Of a stretch of 64,000 nucleotides of DNA, positions 60,301 to 64,000 are shown in pieces. The position numbers and the translations under genes were made by a program. Each line of letters starts with the position of its first letter. Position 1 is the first letter of the stretch. The notes beneath the pieces were generated by a model that worked only from the letters and a program-made list of their open reading frames with translations, searched no databases and had not been told where the DNA came from. Source of the stretch: the human T2T-CHM13v2.0 reference genome, Homo sapiens; the NCBI RefSeq assembly GCF_009914755.1, contig NC_060926.1, one strand, 5' to 3'.

Positions 60301-61265
60301 GGCTTGGAACGTGGTGTATGGTGGTCTGCCGCGAAGGCCGGCCTGCACAGGGGTGGGAGGGGGGTGCTTCTGCATGGGAAGCACAGACAGCGCTGCCTCT
60401 CCCTTGCACTCAGCTCTCGGGGCATGAGAGGCTGACTTTCCGTGAGCCTGTGGGCCAGGCCTCTTTGAATGGGGCTGAGGGAGCTTTGCCCTGGTTCCTT
60501 TGTGTCCCCACGGTGCCACGGGAGGCTCCCTGGCAGGGTGTGGGGCAAGGCAGTGAGTGAAGAGTTGGGATGAGTGAGTTAGGGCCCACGGATTACTCAA
60601 GACAGGACTTCACGTTGATTCAGGAGTGTTAGGGAGCTGTGATTGGATTTTGAGCAGGGCAGGGATGGGACAGAAGAGTTTGGGGAAGGTTCCTCAGGCA
60701 TCCGTCACGGAAGGGATAAGAAGGGAGAGAGAGTGGATGCCGGGGACACCCAGAAGCTGTTATTGTAGTCAGGATGTGACAGGGGTGAGGCTACAGACAG
60801 GGGACTTGCAAGCAGGGAGGGCAGGGTGAGACATTCAGAGGAAACGACGACAGGAAATGGTGACAGATAGGGAATGAGGATGAAGGGAAGGGAGAGCCAG
60901 TGACGACTGGCAGTGGAGTGGGGAGCACCGCCACCTCTCCTCCTCCACTTGCCCCTCCTGTGGCACTGGACAAGTTAGTGGGCTTTTCGTTGTCCATGGG
61001 CTTTTTTGGTGGGGATGTGACCAGCTTTGAACCCTTCCCCTTAAACATGCTCCTCCTGCACGGAAGAGACAGGGGCAGGGGAGAGACTCTCTCCCCACCA
61101 CCCAGCTCAGGCCCCAGCACAGCCCGGCTTCTGGCCTCACTGGCGTCTGTGCCCAGTGACGCAGGCAGGTGAGCTCCTGGCAAATTAGCATTGCAGGCTG
61201 TGCTCTCTCCTCCTGCTCTGCTGCAGCTGGGAGTGTGCAGAGACTGGAGGGGATGACAGTCACCC

Positions 61266-61330
61266 CTCTGTTTTCTGTGGTGGCTCTGTTTTCTGTGGTG
61301 CTGGATGCACCTCTGTTTTCTGTGTTGGCT
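61266..61330. repeat. Three copies of ctctgttttctgtg
   Basis: Direct read. Confidence 0.75.
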
Positions 61331-62669
61331 CCCAGAGAGTGCACGGTCCCTGCTGATTGAAAGAAGGATGAAGGGCAGAAGAGGGGCGGGGAGCTGTGTG
61401 CCCTAAGATCTCATTGCCTTTTTATGCCGATTAACATGCTTTTAGCCCCTACTGAGCTTATAGTTAACAGAAGTTTCCAGGTCTTTCTTCACCTGAACTG
61501 TGTCTAAAGCAAGTTCCCTCCACCTTCTGTATTTATACGCTTGATTTTTAAAACCTAAATGGGCTTCACATTTATTCCTTGTAAATTTCATCTTGGTGAT
61601 TGCAGTCTACCCTCTGGCCTTTAAAAATTGTCTGAGCCTTGATTCGATCATGAAACCAGCTTACCCTTCCCCTGTGTGCTGGCCCCAGTTTTCTAACCAG
61701 GTGTTGAATGAACTGCCAGATCCCTCCGTGCAAGGCTGGAATCAGTCCATTGTTCAACTGTGCCCTTTGGGGCTGTGGTTCATTTGGCTCTGATTTTTCC
61801 TATATGTTCTCTCCTCCAACCCCCATAGCTCCATCTTGTCTACAAGATTTTGTTAGAAGCCGTCAAAATCCTGCTGACTCGAGATGCACTGTGCTGCATG
61901 TTTTCCCCGGGCACAGCAGGCTAATAATCCTGTTACAAAGAGAAATGCTGTACATTTCGAGCAGTGCTGGCCCCTGGGACTCACCGTGGCCTTTTCTAAG
62001 TGCTTACAGACTCTGTTTAATAATCCATTCCAGAAATTTTCCAGGGCTCATTGTTGAGCTTGGTGTTCGCAACTTTGAGTGATCAGCCCTTCTCCTTTGT
62101 GGGAGCACCAGGACAGAGCAGCCTTTGTCCCTCCCCAGTCTCAGTTCCCTCCCATTGCCCCTGTGGACCTCGAATGCAGAGCTTATGCACCTACTGAAGG
62201 TCGTGTCAGCACCCAAGGCAGAATGAGGCTGTCCTGGGAACTAGGGTAAATTAAAACAGCTTGTGCTGGAGGACCCTTTACAGCAGATGAAGGCCTCTCC
62301 CCAGCCAGAAAAGATGGAGCACACGCTGGGTGGTGGCCCCGCTTCCTCACTGAAAGGAGATGGTGCTCTTCTTTTTTCTTTCTGAATTGTGGCCACCTTC
62401 ATACCAGTCTGTCATGGAACACTTAAGCCGCTTGAGTGCCTGCTGGTACTCCCAGCCCTGCCATGCCTGAGCCCCCTGCACACAAGGAGCCAGGAGTAAT
62501 CAGGGCAGACCCATTAGGGCACGGGGACTTCTGGATTGTGAAATTGGCTCTCTGGGGGCCAAGGCCTTCTAACGTTGGTGGAAGTGGCTTTGGCTTATTG
62601 GGTCGGATTCTAGGCCATTCATTCCAACCTTTAGAGACATCCCAGCTTTCCCTAGCCCAGAGTCTGCAG

Positions 62670-62807
62670 CCCCTCCACCATCCCACATCCTCCCCCTCCC
62701 TTTCCTCATGAACCCCAGTCGCGCCTCTGCCTTCTCAAACCCCTCCACCATCCCACACCCTCCTCCTGCCCTTCCTCATGAACCCCAGTCGCGCCTCTGC
62801 CTTCTCA
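62670..62807. repeat. 70-bp tandem duplication
   Basis: ccctccaccatcccaca...catgaaccccagtcgcgcctctgccttctca at 62671 and 62741. Confidence 0.9.
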
Positions 62808-62973
62808 TCCCTGCGCACCACACAGGCTCGCTCGTGCCCGGTGAGTGCTGAGGCTGCTCTGCACATGGAGTGTGGCCCTGTGGGCAAGGGCTGGGCTCTT
62901 GGAGGTAGGGGAGCTACAGGGGCGACTGGGAGGAGGATGTCGTGTTACACACGCATCAGAGTTAACTTTGCAG

Positions 62974-63202
62974 TGAGAGCGGCCTTGCTGCGGCCAAAGA
63001 ACATGGAAAAGCATGAGTGGGGTGATGTGTGCCTTAAAGCATCAGACACTTGGGCCTCGGGCATCAGGAGCCAGCCACAGGGATGTCTGGGGAAATGGCG
63101 TTCCATGAGATGCAAGCACACAAGAATGCACTTGGCACATCTGGGGAACAGCAGGCAGCTGATATCACTGGGCCCACCCTGCACCAGGGAGGATGGAAGC
63201 AG
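62974..63202 (+). other. Candidate alternative WASH exon (229 nt) with in-frame ATG at 63003
   Basis: Acceptor aactttgcag, donor ag|gtgagg in the same phase as exon 2. Confidence 0.6.
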
Positions 63203-63560
63203 GTGAGGAGCTAGACCACACTGAGGCGGTGGTCGGGACTCAGGGTTTGCTCAGTGAGCCGTTCACTATGTGCAGGGGCAGTTCCCCGTCTGAATTTAGG
63301 TGACGACACTCAGGTCCAGCCTTGCCAGTCTCAGCCTCCGGTCTCCGTTCCCCCTCTGCAGAGGCCACTTTGTCTGCTGCACGTGATCATGAGGGGCTGT
63401 GAAGTGCTTGCCCCATCAGTAGCCATGTGTGCATGTGTAAATACCATCCTCTGTGTGCCCTGGAGGCTGTCCTTCAGATAGCATGTACAGGTGGCAGCAT
63501 AGGGCCTGTCCCTACTGAGAGTGCAGGGAACTCAGCACCGTCAACTCCTCGACCCTGCAG

Positions 63561-63618
63561 GTCAGATTATCCTTGTAGAGGCCCCCTGGATGGCACCAAG
63601 ATCGGCCCTGGCAAGCAG
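63561..63618 (+). other. Candidate 58-nt WASH cassette exon
   Basis: Acceptor ccctgcag, donor cag|gtgacc. Confidence 0.5.
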
Positions 63619-63735
63619 GTGACCCTGACTTCAGAGCCCTTGCCTGAGGGCCTGGCCTGGCAGCTCTGCTGTTAGAAGCAGGAGGTGTGCAGGGGGTGGG
63701 GAGCAGCCCAGCCTCTGTGATCTTCTCCATGGCAG

Positions 63736-63847
63736 GATCTCCCAGCAGGTAGAGCAGAGCCGGAGCCAGGTGCAGGCCATTGGAGAGAAGGTCTCCTTGG
63801 CCCAGGCCAAGATTGAGAAGATCAAGGGCAGCAAGAAGGCCATCAAG
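63736..63847 (+). pseudogene. WASH2P: WASH second coding exon
   Basis: tcttctccatggcag|gatctcc...atcaag|gtagtc; open WASH frame. Confidence 0.93.
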
Positions 63848-64000
63848 GTAGTCCCCATGCCCCTGTGTCCTGAGGCTACTGGGCAGTCCCTCCATTTCCC
63901 CGTGCCTCTGAGGCTGCCCAGTCTCTGCCCTGCTGCCCACCTGTACCTTGGGCTTTCTTCTCGCCCAGGCTCCCAACTCCACCCTCTTCCTGCCAAGCAA

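Overview
Human (or great-ape) genomic DNA, repeat-rich, with no intact protein-coding gene visible. It is a segmental-duplication mosaic. A truncated PGM5 copy (CpG-island exon 1 at 10573-10806, exon 2 at 31819-31981) is followed on the same strand by a subtelomeric-type block: FAM138 lncRNA, MER53-derived MIR1302 on the minus strand, and a WASH copy whose exon 2 carries a premature TGA. From recall, this order best fits the PGM5P4-FAM138B-MIR1302-3-WASH2P region beside the chromosome 2 fusion site (paralog on 9p24); that placement is inference. Main points: (1) PGM5 exon 2 would splice in frame onto WASH exon 2; (2) PGM5 exon 1 shows one-way A/T-to-G/C change while exon 2 is unchanged; (3) an intronic exon with a strong-context ATG joins WASH exon 3 in frame, bypassing the stop; (4) several local templated duplications and a layered 28-bp VNTR. 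Repeat family names and comparisons with parent proteins come from memory and need checking with RepeatMasker and BLAST.
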